From positions 10,106,001 to 10,170,000 of the forward strand of contig JAYWIR010000001.1 of assembly GCA_036172245.1 (NCBI GenBank): DNA of 64,000 bases, read 5' to 3'. The notes below the pieces were generated by a model that saw only the letters and a program-made list of their open reading frames with translations, did no database searches and was not told the origin of the DNA. Source of the stretch: Raillietiella orientalis. Its lineage: Eukaryota. Positions 39,895 through 53,150 of the stretch are shown piece by piece; positions within the stretch are counted from its first letter, which is position 1; the number at the start of each line of letters is the position of its first letter. A program made the translations under genes and the position numbers.

Positions 39895-41700
39895 GGTTAC
39901 TCAGGGGTGATCATTCGACAGACAAGTAGGGAGCACAGTTCCCGGAACCCAAACAATAGAAAAAAGGAAGTTCGTGGAGGAGAGCTCACCGACTCCAAGG
40001 TCTGTTTCTCGAGTCATCTGGAGCCTCAAGGAAAGGACACAATAAATAAAGAGAGGGAAGGGGTCTTCGGAGCGGGATGCTCTCCCGGATCGTTACCTGC
40101 GCGGATATGACCGCCATCACCGACTCGCCCTCTCCCTCCAAGTCCGGCCACTTCCCAGCCGTCCTCGCGCGAGCTGCCGCCACGCGGGTGAACTCCCTTA
40201 GCTGCTTCCGAGACTACGAGGACGCTGCCTCCGGATCGCTCATGCAACGTCTCGTCTCCATCATCGCGCCCGCCGAGAGTCCTCTGCGCGCGAAGAATTG
40301 TCGGAGCAAGTCGTCCTTGAAGGAACCTTCCGGGTGCAGGGGCGCCGAAGACAGATTTCGCCGCAGTTCTCGGAGGAGACCGCGCTCCAAGAACAGGTGC
40401 GGGAACGATCCGATCGTCTTGCACCTGGAATAGCTGGACTCACAGGGAAACGAAGCGAAGACGCCCGTTACACTGTGCGCGTCCGTGAGCGGAAGAGCGC
40501 CACTTGGTGCCTTCATTGCGGCATTCTCCGGACGCGAGGGAAGAACCATGGTTACTTCCAGAGGCGCTCGCAGAGGCCACTTCCTTCTCCCGGACTATGG
40601 CGGACGCTTGATGGCACGCAACGAAACGTTAGAAGCACGATTCTTCAGAAGCATCCGGACCAAGTCGAGGCTGCGATGGAGGCCTACGTCACGAACCAAC
40701 AACGCCAGAGACACTCCCGCTTTGATAAGCAGAGGTGGGACTTCCAACAGCGCAGCGAAGGAGGCTGCACACAGAGCATAAGAATTCGCCTTCCGACTGG
40801 CAGCGACGTCCAAATCTCCTGGGATAGAGAAGAGACTAAACCATGGGTTTCGGTGCAAGGAATACCAACGAGAGCGCCTGGAAGAGTTCGAACTGTAGTG
40901 GAAGAACCAACAGGGTGCATATCCCGGCATCGATCGCCGGATGCCGTCCAAGGGAACCACGTCATCGTGTGTGGTCCTTGTGGCATCATTAAGATCATGG
41001 AACCTGACCAGCGGCGGAACAAGTCAGAATCCGGAGGTCCCTCGATCACATCTCATTCGCCTGACTGAAACTCAAGGCATCTTCCAGCATCAGATGCAGT
41101 CGCAGCATTTGTTGGGTGCGCCTCACCTCTACCCCGTTCTGCGGAGATCCCGAAGCTCAGCTGACGGTAAGGCTCAAGGATGAGATTTGTTCGGTGAATG
41201 AGAAGGGTTCAAGCTAGGATGTGTTAGACACCGAGAGCTGGTACAGCCTCTTCCAGTGCACCCGGAAGGTTCCTTCAAGGACGACTTGCTCCGACAATTC
41301 TTCGCGCGCAGAGGACTCTCGGCGGGCGCGATGATGGAGACGAGACGTTGCATGAGCGATCCGGAGGCAGCGTCCTCGTAGTCTCGGAAGCAGCTAAGGG
41401 AGTTCACCCGCGTGGCGGCAGCTCGCGCGAGGACGGCTGGGAAGTGGCCGGACTTGGAGGGAGAGGGCGAGTCGGTGATGGCGGTCATATCCGCGCAGGT
41501 AACGATCCGGGAGAGCATCCCGCTCCAAAGACCCCTTCCCTCTCTTTATTTATTGTGTCCTTTCCTTGAGGCTCCAGATGACTCGAGAAACAGACCTTGG
41601 AGTCGGTGAGCTCTCCTCCACGAACTTCCTTTTTTCTATTGTTTGGGTTCCGAGAACAGCATTCCTCACTTGTCTGTTTATTAAACGCTCCAAAGTGACC
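39895..41700. mobile_element. Head-to-head L1/Tx1-like pair 1 with 396-bp inverted arms
   Basis: 39943-40338 is the reverse complement of 41257-41652 with one mismatch by my reading. The left copy continues inward (C...FPHLFLE...LRELRR). Both outer ends carry the family terminus (GGTTAC at 39895, GTGACC at 41695). Confidence 0.9.
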
Positions 41701-42404
41701 TTCCTATGCTGGACAGCCGGGTCAAATAAATAGATTAATTCAAAATTGAACAGTTGGAAACCGACATGCGTCGGCTCAAACCCAAAGGAGCTGCCCTCTC
41801 AGGGGACAGAAATAGCGACAACGAAAAAATAATTAGGAAACGGGATGTATCGGTTTCGTCGTATTCTCTTTGATTGCCGAGGGCCTGTGACGGGCAGGGA
41901 ATTTCGGACAGCTAAGGGTGTTCTCCCTGATTTCGGGTCAGTCTGTACAAAAGCTCTTGCAGGTTCTCGCCTTCCACTTCCCAGGCTGAGCCATTCCGCC
42001 TCCTCAACATGTAGGCGATGGCGCTTGCAAACTACCTTCGTGGATGTCGGCCGCAGCCATCCGCCATTATGGCAGGTGCCCTTGGTCGCACCTGGAAAAG
42101 GGTGGTCAGGGCTGAGGCGGTCAGCAGCTCCATAGACGCAGCCATCTCTTTGAGGGGTTCCTCCAGGACGGCATCGCGGAACCGAAGAGTCCCGGCTGAG
42201 ATGCGCTCCCATCCCTGACTTCGAAAGTCTTCCGCGTTCGAGCCATACGAGCGGAAGCGCCTCCATTGTCCCCAAAGAAGAGCAGCATTCCTTGGTCACT
42301 CTCTGAGCTGAGGTGTGGTGGTATTCCTCGTTTCCGGAGAGCTCCCAGAGTGCCAGTCAAATGGCGCTCTGCTGGAACTGGAGAAAGTAAGTGGTTCTAT
42401 ACCT

Positions 42405-44360
42405 GGTTACAACGGGACGTTTGTTTAAAAATAAATAAATGACGAGACAGAGGGGACAGTGTCCCTCAACGCAAAAGCACATCAGACACAACAAAAAAAG
42501 TTCACTGGGGACGGCTACCAGCTCGCGGGTCGGCTTCCAAGGGAGTCGGAAGCGGGAGGAAGGGAACAATAAATAAAGCGAAAATAGAGGGTGGGTAGAG
42601 AAAAAAAGGGGGCCTTTGGTTTCAGCTGAGCCTTTCTCCTTGGAGCCGCATGCTGGCGGTTCCTCTGAAGAATTCTGGCAGGTGAGCCGCCACCTCGTTT
42701 CCATTTTCATCAAGGAGGCTGCTATGAGGATGGCCTCGATGCTAACGAGACACCGTCACGGAGTGGATTGTGACCATGGCGCGGATGTTGCATCTTGTCG
42801 CGATCACGGCGCCTACCTACAGCCCACCTTGAGTGAAGAATCGGCGCAGCAAGTCCGCAGCGGTGCCCTCCTGGTGGAGAGTGGTTGAAGGGAGTCGCCG
42901 CCACACGTCCTCCAGGCCGCCTTAGTCCAACAGGAGGCGCGGCAACGTTCCCATCGCCCCGCACCTCAAACAGGTCGGGACGAAACTCTCCCGGAGGCCA
43001 GGCGTGCACGCTGATTGCGCTGGAATGCCCAGTGCAGAAAAAACAGAACATCCTGGCGTTTCCAATGCAGTGTGAACACTGAAGTGTTCTGACACAGAAA
43101 AGAGATCTCGAGTTGTTCGTAGGGGGGGGGGGGAGAAGAGGGCAAGTAGTCGGGTGAAAAACTAGAGAGACACTTCCTCCTCATGCTTGCCCTCTAAAAA
43201 TGGCACTCACTCCCAACTGCCATCTGTGGTCCTCCGCCCTTGGGGCACCTCAGGACCTTCATTCCTCTGCGTAGTTTCCATTTAGATTCTTGCCTTTTGG
43301 TACTCCATGTGCTCTTAGTGTTGCTGAATAGAGGCGCAAATTTTCCCAATGCCTTTGGGACATGCATCCTCCTGTGTGTATGCAGCAAGAAGGGGTATCA
43401 GGTATGCAGCCAGAAGCAAAAAGGAGAGTACATCACTTAGGGATGGAAGAAGCTAGGAAAACGAGACAGGGCAATAAATGCATAGAGGACGGAATGAGCA
43501 GTCCTCATGATTTCATAGGGCAGACTCAGATGAGGTAAAGACCACAGGGTGAAGAAAAGATGCTGTTGCACCTTGTATTTCCCATCCCGATTTGGATCAC
43601 TTGCACCCCGCAGGGGAATGGCTCTCTAAAGGGGGAGGGTGCCACATCTCCTTCCTGGCCATCACTGCTGCTCAAGACTGCAGAATGTCGCTGGAGCAAG
43701 GAGGTGGCCGACAGCTCCCGGAAAGGTGATTCATAGATTACATCTTGCGGGACCGTCTAAGCATTCTACAGGACCATTCTTGGAACCGTCTGAGGGATAG
43801 GATGTCATCATCTTATGCCCTGCCGGGTGCCCATATCTATGCGATCACGTCTTTTGCTGAAGAAGCTGAAGAACTTGCAAATTTTCTTCCGGGATCAGAA
43901 GGCTTTCTGATGTGCTGCACCCTTCCATGACTGCAACAGCTCACACACAGCTCAGTAGAAGCAAAGGGTCGACGAATTCGATGGCAGGTACCGAGGCCGC
44001 CTGCTGAACGATTCCTGTGTCCCCCATCTCCTCCTCCTGGTTCCTGAAGAGAATAAGCGAGTTTTGCGAAGTTTCGTGCTTCTTTGCAAGGTGCTCTCCA
44101 AACATCCCACAGCACCCGGATGCTCACCAAAAAAAGGAAAGAAAGAATGAGCTTCAGAATCTTTGCTATTTGCTATCGAAAGCCGTCGGTCGACTCCATC
44201 AAGAGACATGGGAATCCCGGAAACTGCTGATCTCCCGTGGTTCCTGCTCAAAAACTCGAAACGGGAATTTCTGGCTTCGAGTCGTCGGGACTTCAGCACC
44301 GATTGCTGTGGGTTCCTGAGGACAAACTTTGCAGCGGCTGATGTGGGAGCGAGACGCGCT
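42405..44360 (-). mobile_element. L1/Tx1-like copy, left arm of pair 2
   Basis: 42430-43277 is the reverse complement of 48767-49608; terminus GGTTAC at 42405. Inward extension to ~44360 is tentative (GGLG-like motif). Confidence 0.8.
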
Positions 44361-44939
44361 GACTGGCAGCTTCTCTCCGTTCAGTGCTGCCTAGTGAGGA
44401 TGATCTCGAGATGCCACTCAGCTCTCGCACCGCTTCTCAAGAATTGGAATTGGGATCCCACCGTCCTGGATCGCTGAGATCTGTCACTAGGACACTCCGG
44501 AACTTTATCCCCCAGAGAATAAACGAACAGTTTAGGGAACAAACGGAAACCAAAAAGAAGTACAAAGGAAGAATGCGCGGACAAGCAGGTCGGCCGTTAT
44601 GGAAGTACGGGACGGTGAGAGGGGAGGTTACCGAAGCGATGAAGGAAGACTTTAAAGTGAACTCCGAAAGCCATCAAGTCCTCACCTGGCGAGTGGATCC
44701 AGAGCGCCTCATAGAGCTTTTACAGAGGCAGCAAGGGCAGGCGCTGCAAGAAATTCAGGGGCACAGAATGCGTTACATCGCCCGGGGGAATTGGCTCTAG
44801 AGTAGGATGAACTGGAAGAGGTCGAAGATGTCTTGATGACGCTTTTCTGAGGTTTCTCGGAAAGCATTCAGAAGGTGGAGAGTCCGTTTCAGAAGACACC
44901 AAAGGACTAGAAGTGACGAGGGAGCGAGATGAGACAGCA

Positions 44940-45150
44940 ATACGATTCACAATGACGATGACGATGACAATCACAGCGATCTTGTTGCTGCTGCTGGTGA
45001 TGATCTTGGTGGTATTGGTGGACTTCTGGTGGTGGTCTTGGTGATATTGGTGGACAGCAATCTTGGTGGACAACCTTGCGCATGTTGTTGATGGTGATGG
45101 TGATGGTGGTCATGCGGCGGAGGCAAACGTTCCAGTGATGATCACGATGC
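44940..45150 (+). repeat. Degenerate (GAT/GGT)n trinucleotide tract
   Basis: Directly visible. Confidence 0.75.
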
Positions 45151-45529
45151 TAGAATTACCGACCATCAGAATTCTCGCAGTGGCCAAATGTTGATGATCG
45201 TTATATGATCAATGATCAGAATGCCAATGATTGTAACATTGATGGAACTACGAAAGAACAAGGTTCCCGGGGGGTGAATCCTTTGCTTACAAGAAGAGGC
45301 CATGTGGTCTGTGAGAGAGTCCGTTGCGGACAATGTGCTTCCGGATAGGCTGCCTCCTGCGTCTTTCCAGTGTAGGCCGCCGGCCAAGTATCTGCTGGCT
45401 TGCGAGAATGGGAAGCACGAAGAATTTTCGTCATGGAGTCAAAAAGCTGCATCTGTTCTCCTTGGTGTCAGAGCCACTAAGCGCCCAAGAACCGTTCGTC
45501 TAGAGATCCATTTTGCTCTGCAAGTCCAG

Positions 45530-46250
45530 TGCAGGCCACCCAGGAGTACGTGTGGCTTTTCAATTTATTGTGAGGAATCTCGAAAGGAGACCAGCCTGTG
45601 AATCCAGGAAGGTTCCGAAGGAATTAGTCCGTTCCTCTTACGCTTGGCAGGGAACTGCAAAGAGAAAAAACCGTACCATGATTGTCTACCAAGGAATGCC
45701 CAAGACAAGCTCTTCCTTACTCTCTCCGAAGGGACCCCTGGAGGGGCCACTCTTCGTGACATCTCCAAAAGGAACCCGAAAGGATCTCTTGGAATTTCCT
45801 CTCCAAAGGGTACCCGCAAAGGGACCACTCCTTGTTGGTCCTCCTCTGAAGAGAACCCCGAAGGAACACTTCGAAATTTCTCTGGAGAGTGGCTCCCTGA
45901 AAGGAGTAGCGCTCTTCTTGAGCTCTGGAGAGCGAATCCCAACTGGGGTATCGACTCGCTCCGTGACAAAGGCTACATGCTTACAACAGGAAAGGAAACC
46001 TGAAGAGAACCGTCACCTTGATTCCTGGAAGGATCCCGGCGGGTCAACTTTCAATCCCATCCAGTCAGCGGGGGTATCCAATTTTTACCAGAACCTCACC
46101 GGAAGCCGCAGAGACCAACCAGCTCGATCCTGCTGGAGGAAACTCGAAATTCACGATGCGTCCATTTTCCGGTGTCGTTCCTTCCCCTGGGTGGGATTCG
46201 AACCCGGAGCCTTGCGTGCGGAGACCTCAACCGAATGGCTGAGCCGAGTA
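45530..46250 (-). mobile_element. tRNA-headed SINE-like repeat, copy E
   Basis: Minus-strand head CGGCTCAGCCATTCGGTT...GGGTTCGAATCCCACCCAGG (A- and B-box-like) plus shared body. Confidence 0.75.
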
Positions 46251-46549
46251 AGGAAGAGCATTCGGAAGGGTTTCGCGGACTCAAAGCGATTTCATTATCT
46301 TAGGTGTTCACTCACGGTGCTGATACTGATGTGCTGGTCCTGCTGCTGCTATGGATGCAAATGATTCTGCGAATGAAGAAGACGACAAGAGACAAGTCCT
46401 TGGTGCTCTGATGAAGATGTGGACCGTGCAACTGGGTCTATGCTTGGGCTGATCCCCGTCTTGATCTACATCCCCATAAGCAGGGCGCAGAAAAATTTCA
46501 TTAAAAAGAAAGCAGTCTTCTGCTCCGATTCATTCTAGGGGGAAAAGTT

Positions 46550-48730
46550 CTATTGCAAGATAAGTGCCAGGCATGGCAAGCAGTAGATGGTGCTTAGACC
46601 AATAATCCCTCAAAGCGTAGCCCAGGTAACGGAGAGATCAGATGCTTGGTGGAGTCGAAACGAAGAGTTCTCTTCAATGCCATCAGGTGAGTTCAGGCCT
46701 GGCATTCTTCCGGAGGACGAAAGGTTAGCACCAGGACTGTTACCACTGCTTCCCGCTGCAGAGATGAAGGCGGTTTCCACGCATCAGGAAAACAGGAAGT
46801 GGGGAGTTCTGGGTGTTCCCCACAAGGGGAACGCCAGTAATCATGCTAACGGCGAGGAATGGGATACGAAAATGGGCTCGGGAAGCAGAGAAGTTCTCGT
46901 GCATTGCGCTCTTTAGGAGCGCTCAGAAATATTTTCGGGAGCCTCTGCTTACCTGGGAGAATCTTCACGTGCGGTCTCTTCCGCAGCGAAGAGCATTGCG
47001 AACTTGCTCTCACGAAATGCGATCTCTTGCAAAGGTTGAACGGGATCATCCTCTTGGATTTTGTTTTGAGATATTCAAGAATTCCACGAATTATGCGGAT
47101 GGCTTCACTCCACTCTACGGTCTTCCCATCTTACCGAATGGAGTTTGGATGGCCACTACGAGTGCAATCCGTTCGGCGTCATTTCTCTTGCTTTCTCTTG
47201 CTCGGAGTCTTTGCCGTGTATGGAGGCACACGGTTAATGGTTGTGGTTGTCTTTCTCGTGTGTTAGAAGTATGGAAGCATCGTGGGGCTGGTGGCCAATT
47301 CTGTGTGTCCAATATATGGTCTCCTTACCTTGCAGGGCGGCTGTATCAGGTACACAAGGAAACATTGGCTGCCACAAGTTCTCGAAATGTTGTCTCGGGA
47401 CAATAAGATCTCGGAGTAAGTGGACTCCATGCTCCTGAGAAAAGAAAGGAAAACTCTGGAACTTCCTACCTGTCTATCCCGAAGAGTTGACTGAAAATAT
47501 CAGCGGTGTTTGTCCTCTTTTGTCTTTCGAGCTATGTTGAATGCCTCTTCGCCATCCTTGAATGCAGAGACGCGACCTCTAATATCACAGCTCTGTTGCC
47601 CTTCTACATCACCAGATCAGCGATTAAAATGAAAGCCACACCAAGAGCATGTAAGTTATCTGATATCAAGACAGAGTAGAGTGGAATCCACTCCAGGGAT
47701 TTGTTGGATGACACTACGTGTCAGGACGTAAAGTGGACTGAAATCCATGCCTAACATCAGCTTCCATTTCGCAGGGTTCTTTGCATCCACCTTCAGTCTT
47801 TTACCACCGCATTTCGCCTTGCTGCATACAAGCGGGGATTCCTCATGCAGTGGTTACGTATGTGAGGCATTTCCATTCCACATTATGCAGAGCAAGTAGG
47901 ATCGATCTATTATCTGCCTTCTTTTATGTACAAGAGTCTGAGCTTCACTGCATGCACAAATTTTTAGTCCGCAGGACGAAGGTGACCTTCTGTCGTGACG
48001 ACGTAGCTTAAGGAAGAATGCAGCTTGTCTTAGCTGCTCGTTGAAGATGATTCGCCATGCTCACTCCCGTCGAACAGCACGAGCCGCGCACGCAAATGTG
48101 CGTTCTGAAGACGTTCCAAAGGAGATTTCTCAAATATGAATCCCGGGCTTGCCTTCTGGAAAGGTGCGCTCCTCTGAAAGAGCGCAAGGAAGAATTCCCT
48201 TGAAAGGACCCGGGAGAAGGAATAGGATGTTCTGCTGTTTCTGCACTGGGAATTCCAGTGCAGTCTCCAGGGTCTGCTGAATACCCTAGGCGTGCCAGGG
48301 GTGGGCCGGAGGAGTCGATCCCCCACCTGCTCTTGGATTGCAATGTCCTCTGCAAACTATGGCGGAGGCCGACTTCGGCTCCTCAAGAACGGGAGAATAC
48401 TGCCCTTGACCTGATGCAGCGGTTCTTTACTTCGGGAGGATTCTCGGCTGGCGCAGTGATGGCGACGGTGTGTTGCCCCCGCGCCATAGTCCTGACTGAT
48501 GCGCCATGCGCTCCAGATACAGGTGCGGCGAAGGGACCACCGTGAGGATGCCCGCAAGGTCGCCACACCTGGAAGAGAAAGTGAAGGTGGATATGGTCAG
48601 CGTCCAGCGCCGGTTCTGAAAAGAAGGAATGGCTGAAACCGGTAAATCCTGTCCTCACACTCCTCTCATTTATATATCCATTGTCCCTTCCCTTCCGTTC
48701 CCTATTTTTAGATGTTCTGATCAGGGTGTT
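46550..48730 (+). mobile_element. Longer decayed L1/Tx1-like copy with RT and C-terminal zinc-binding remnants
   Basis: VPHKGNASNHAN, CGLFRSEEHC...IILLDF (RT), then FLHW...EESIPHLLLDCNVLCKLW (zf-RVT-type ExxxHLxxxC...W). Confidence 0.6.
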
Positions 48731-48766
48731 AGTGGGTTTGTTAGTCTTCAGTTGGAAACTCAGTAA

Positions 48767-49633
48767 AAACTACGCAAAGGAATGAAGGTCCTGAGGTGCT
48801 CCAAGGGTGGAGGACCACAGATGGCAGTTGGGAGTGAGTGCCATTTTTAGAGGACAAGCATGAGGAGGAAGAGTCTCTCTAGTTTTTCACCCGACTACTT
48901 GCCCTCTTCTCCCCCCCCCCCTACGAACAACTCGTGATCTCTTTTCTGTGTCAGAACACTTCAGTGTTCACACTGCATTGGAAACGCCAGGATGTTCTGT
49001 TTTTTCTGCACTGGGCATTCCAGCGCAATCAGCGTGCACGCCTGGCCTCCGGGAGAGTTTCGTCCCGACCTGTTTGAGGGGCGATGGGAACGTTGCCGCG
49101 CCTCCTGTTGGACTAAGGCGGCCTGGAGGACGTGTGGCGGCGACTCCCTTCAACCACTCTCCACCAGGAGGGCACCGCTGCGGACTTGCTGCGCCGATTC
49201 TTCACTCAAGGTGGGCTGTAGGCAGGCGCCGTGATCGCGACAAGATGCAACATCCGCGCCATGGTCACAATCCACTCCGTGACGGTGTCTCGTTAGCATC
49301 GAGGTCATCCTCATAGCAGCCTCCTTGATGAAAATGGAAACGAGGTGGCGGCTCACCTGCCAGAATTCTTCAGGGGAACCGCCAGCATGCGGCTCCAAGG
49401 AGAAAGGCTCAGCTGAAACCAAAGGCCCCCTTTTTTTCTCTACCCACCCTCTATTTTCGCTTTATTTATTGTTCCCTTCCTCCCGCTTCCGACTTCCTTG
49501 GAAGCCGACCCGCGAGCTGGTAGCCGTCCCCAGTGAACTTTTTTTGTTGTGTCTGATGTGCTTTTGCGTTGAGGGACACTGTCCCCTCTGTCTCGTCATT
49601 TATTTATTCTTAAATAGACGCTCCGGGGTAACC
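48767..49633 (+). mobile_element. L1/Tx1-like copy, right arm of pair 2
   Basis: About 10 substitutions and 2 small indels versus the left arm over ~850 bp (counted by eye); encodes decayed LHW...PRLLLD*...VWRR...DLLRRFF; ends GACGCTCCGGGGTAACC. Confidence 0.85.
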
Positions 49634-49639
49634 GAGTAC

Positions 49640-50900
49640 AAGCAAGAAGAACCAAGCCACCGTCGAGCTCGGAGTTCCTCTATGCTTTTGTGCAAGAATC
49701 CCGTCCTTGCTGCGCCTCCAGGGGAACCGGGGACGGAGCTTTCCCCAGGAAGAAGAGACAAATCGATCGGTTCCGCGCATCATGGAGTCGACTTACTGCG
49801 AGAGTTCGGTGGCGTTGTCAGGCGCGTTCCTGCATACGGCTGCCAATTGGGTGCTCGATTTTGAGAGTACACAGATGTAGGCAGCCCCTTGCCGCGAACA
49901 CCCTCCTGGAATGAGAAGCAGCGTCTTGCTTACCCCTTGACACCCCTCCCGGCTCCTCGCCAACAAGCTGTGTCGCAGGAAGCGTCTCCACATATTGGCT
50001 GCAACAGCCGAAGCATCTTCGGTGGATAGTGCCTGCCTCCTTGACCAAGGCAGCGATTTGCCGGAAATCCCTTGCAGCTCTGGAAGCCATGCGAGGGAGG
50101 GTCTCCTGAAGATCTCGAGGCTCTGGATCGGAGTGCACCATTCACAGAGCGGCAGCGCATGGATCAGCACGAATTCCGAGATCCTTCTCCCACCGCCATG
50201 CATAAGGGATTTGTTCCATTGAATAGATGCGGTTCCCTAGCAACACATGGGAAACATGTAGAGGAAGATGGGCAGCAAGTTGTGGGTCCGCACACGAAGC
50301 TCAAGCGCGATTTCTTCCACAACCTGATGCGTCGCTATTGGACGTGGGCGACAGGCTGAAGGTACATCCGTCCAAGAGCATCTGGCGAAGGCGGGCGTTT
50401 GGAAAACCGTTCCCGGAAGAGGAAGTGGCAAACTCTGGAAGAAGAGGCAACTGTACAACATGGGCAAGAGTTCAAATGCCTTGAGACCACGAGGGTCCTA
50501 AACTTCCTATCTTTCCTGAAGGTTTTCGCCTCCTTTCCTGTGTACCTGCAATTTCATGAAGAGAGGCATCTGAGAAGCACTCGATGCGGAGTCCATCATG
50601 TTGTTCTGCAGATTGGTCACTCCCTGGGACAGATCGAGAAAGGCAGCCCAGGAAGACCCCCAGTGTGGTTTCCGAGGACATTGTGGAACTGCAGGTTATT
50701 CAGCTCGTTCTGGTCTATCATCATCAGCTGCTCGACCTTCTTGGCGCTCTTCGTCAGACCCTTGTAGACCTATAGGAAGTCGATGTTCTTCCAGTTGGTC
50801 CTTAGTTTCGATGGGTTCATTTCAAAGATGGAGGTGGCCTAAACTGGAATGGGCAGTTTGCTAGCGCGCGTGACGTCACAGACCTCAACAGCGGCGGCGA
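49640..50900 (-). mobile_element. Decayed Gypsy (Mag-like) gag-pol relic
   Basis: IPYAWR..E.DL then CEWCTPIQ resemble VPYALR..VE.EL and SEWATPIV before the Gypsy RT; FRPPP...NWK...GL.K near 50800 resembles gag. Confidence 0.45.
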
Positions 50901-52054
50901 CTGCCTCGTCTGCCTTCTACGAGCACGAACCAAAACCCCCAAGCAACGTTTCTCTTCACGCTTGGCTGCCATCCTCCTTCTACCTGGAAAGAAATGTCCG
51001 TGGCATCACTTGTGTTTCATCACCTTATTGTCGTATGTCCCTTTACGTGGATGTTCCTCCTGATATCGCGGTTACATCCCATACTCTGGAGCAGATGCAA
51101 ACGCTACAAATTCAGGGAATGCCTTGAAGAGCCAGAATACCGGGAAGCCGACGACTCTGTTAGAAGCCGCGAGATGCTCCCTGAGTTGCAGTACGATTAG
51201 CAGGGTAGCTGGTTCAGGCTGCGGAGACGCATCAGGTAAAAATTTTTCAAGGAAGAAAGAGGTGCGTTGAAGATGCGATTGGGGGTCTCCACATCTTGGA
51301 TTCGGATCCTGCGATCCTGCGATCTGCGCAAACTAAAGACGAGATGGTGAAAAACAGCACGGGACAGCGGCTGCACTTGGAGCTCAAGTCACGAAGGAAT
51401 GGAAGCAGCACAAACTGATTTCGTCGACAATTCTTTTTGGTGTGGAGGAAGAGGCAGAAGAGAATCGATCTTGTCAACATGGCAGAAAAAAAAAGAAAAA
51501 AAGGTACACACGAGTGCCATGAAAGGCGGAACGCTCCCTCAGAAAAACAGCCAGCAGGGAAAATCTTGCGGCGCTTTTTGCTGGTATTTTCCCTTAGCGC
51601 TTGGTGGAATTCCGTCTGGATTCTTCGTGCGGTTTTCAAAATGGAAGGCAAGTGGTACATTCAGTATGATTCGTTCTGTTGCTTTTGGCTGTGCGGCTCC
51701 TAAGGATCGGCCAGGATCAATCTCCTCTGAGCTAATAATGAAGGAAAAACATATGCAAACACACCGATTCCTCAAGGCAACCCTTCAGCTTCTCCTTCAT
51801 CTGTAGCTTTCCACGTTTGGAAAGAAGTATCTTTATCCTGAAGTTTCTCAGAGTTACCCACTTGTTTTTGATTTTCCGTAGTTCAGATCAACGAGGTCAT
51901 CGGAGCTCATCTGAATGCACTTTGATCTTAGCCAAAAGGCCAAGAAGTAATGAGCACGTGAGCCTCTGGAACATTTGTGGCATTTCCACGACCACCCCGG
52001 AAACCCGATCGTTCCCCTCTGGAAGTTTGCCCACGCGCTGTGCTGTGCCTTCCG

Positions 52055-52295
52055 AGTGTGGCACCAAGCGTTGCGGGTTCGAATCCCACCCTGGGAAGGA
52101 TGAATACCGACAAATGGGTGTGTGTAGTGGGTGGCGCCTGTGTGTTGTTGGCCTGCAGGCTTCGCGTGCGGCACTGGTAAAATCCGTAAACCAGATGCCC
52201 CTGCTAACTGGATGGGAGTGAAAGTCGGTATGTTCCAGAAGGCGTGAACAGTGTTTTAGAGCTTTGTGAGCCCACTAAGGAGGTGAAAGTTCTTG
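52055..52295 (+). mobile_element. SINE-like repeat, copy F (head and tail, internally deleted)
   Basis: ACCAAGCGTTGCGGGTTCGAATCCCACCC head; the tail motif GGCGTGAACAGTG..AGAGCTT follows after only ~150 bp. Confidence 0.65.
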
Positions 52296-52329
52296 GGAGG
52301 GGCTGACCGACAGGGCTGCCGACAAGCCA

Positions 52330-53150
52330 AAAATGAAGAACGAAAAGAAGGACAATAAATAAATAAAAAGATGGGTAGAGGTCCCTCTTTCTTTTGACAG
52401 GTTTTCCCACATGCGGTCGGACTCCCTGAAGACCTCTTCTGGCAGGTGAGTCCGCCTTGCCGCAGTCCTCACAGAGGCGGCTGCAGGTTGGGTGTCTTCT
52501 CGTTTCTTCGAGAGTAGCTACGGAGAGAAACGCGGGCCGCCGAGATGGCGTGCGTGGAACCTGGAAATGTTGCGATCGCACTTCACGAGGCGTCGCAGCC
52601 AAGTCTCTCGCCGTGTCCAGGCCATTGCCCTCCAGTCCCTGTGGTTGAGTTATGCAACGGCCCTTAGGGCATCAAAGGACAATCCCAGGGACGTGTTCAA
52701 GCGCCTCTTCGTGCGCCATGCGCATTCGCCTGCCGAATCCCCAGAAGCTCTTTGCTGCCTACGAGGGATTGTGGCGGCCAGGAGCTACGCGAGGGGAAGA
52801 CGGTGCGATAGGGATTCCCCATCTGCTTCGCCCTGAGCTTCCTGAGGACAGCAGCAGGATGGCCTCAGCTGGGTCATACTCAGAAGGAACTTGTCGGCAT
52901 CCTGGAAAGGATGCAGAGTATGCCCTCCAGCAGACAGTGATCCCTTCCCTAATCCTCTCAATTTTTTGGTATATATATTTTTGCTGTATTTTTATTTTTG
53001 TTTGTCCCTCCCCCTCTGCTGCCGAAGTGAACCTCGCCGGCCTGCGTGCCGGTCAGTCGGCAGGTTCCAAGCATTTTCAGACAATGTAGGGCCGATGGCC
53101 CTACACATGTATGCTTATTTTTCATAATAAACGCCAAGGCGTGACCGGAT
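52330..53150. mobile_element. Two L1/Tx1-like 3' fragments head-to-head (minus ~52330-52650, plus ~52650-53150)
   Basis: Left part aligns with 42560-42700 (ACAATAAATAAA...TGGGTAGAG...TTCTGGCAGGTGAG); right part encodes DVFKRLF...CCLRGIV and ends AATAAACGCCAAGGCGTGACC. Confidence 0.65.

Noticed and set aside
12240-52100. Functional tRNA genes at the GGTTCGAATCC motifs
   Set aside because: No intact cloverleaf or T-run terminator; every instance is attached to the same dispersed repeat body.
53019-53067. HDV-like or hammerhead ribozyme in the LINE 3' UTR
   Set aside because: A pseudoknot can be drawn in one copy only, and I could not find the catalytic core motifs; kept only as stem-loops.
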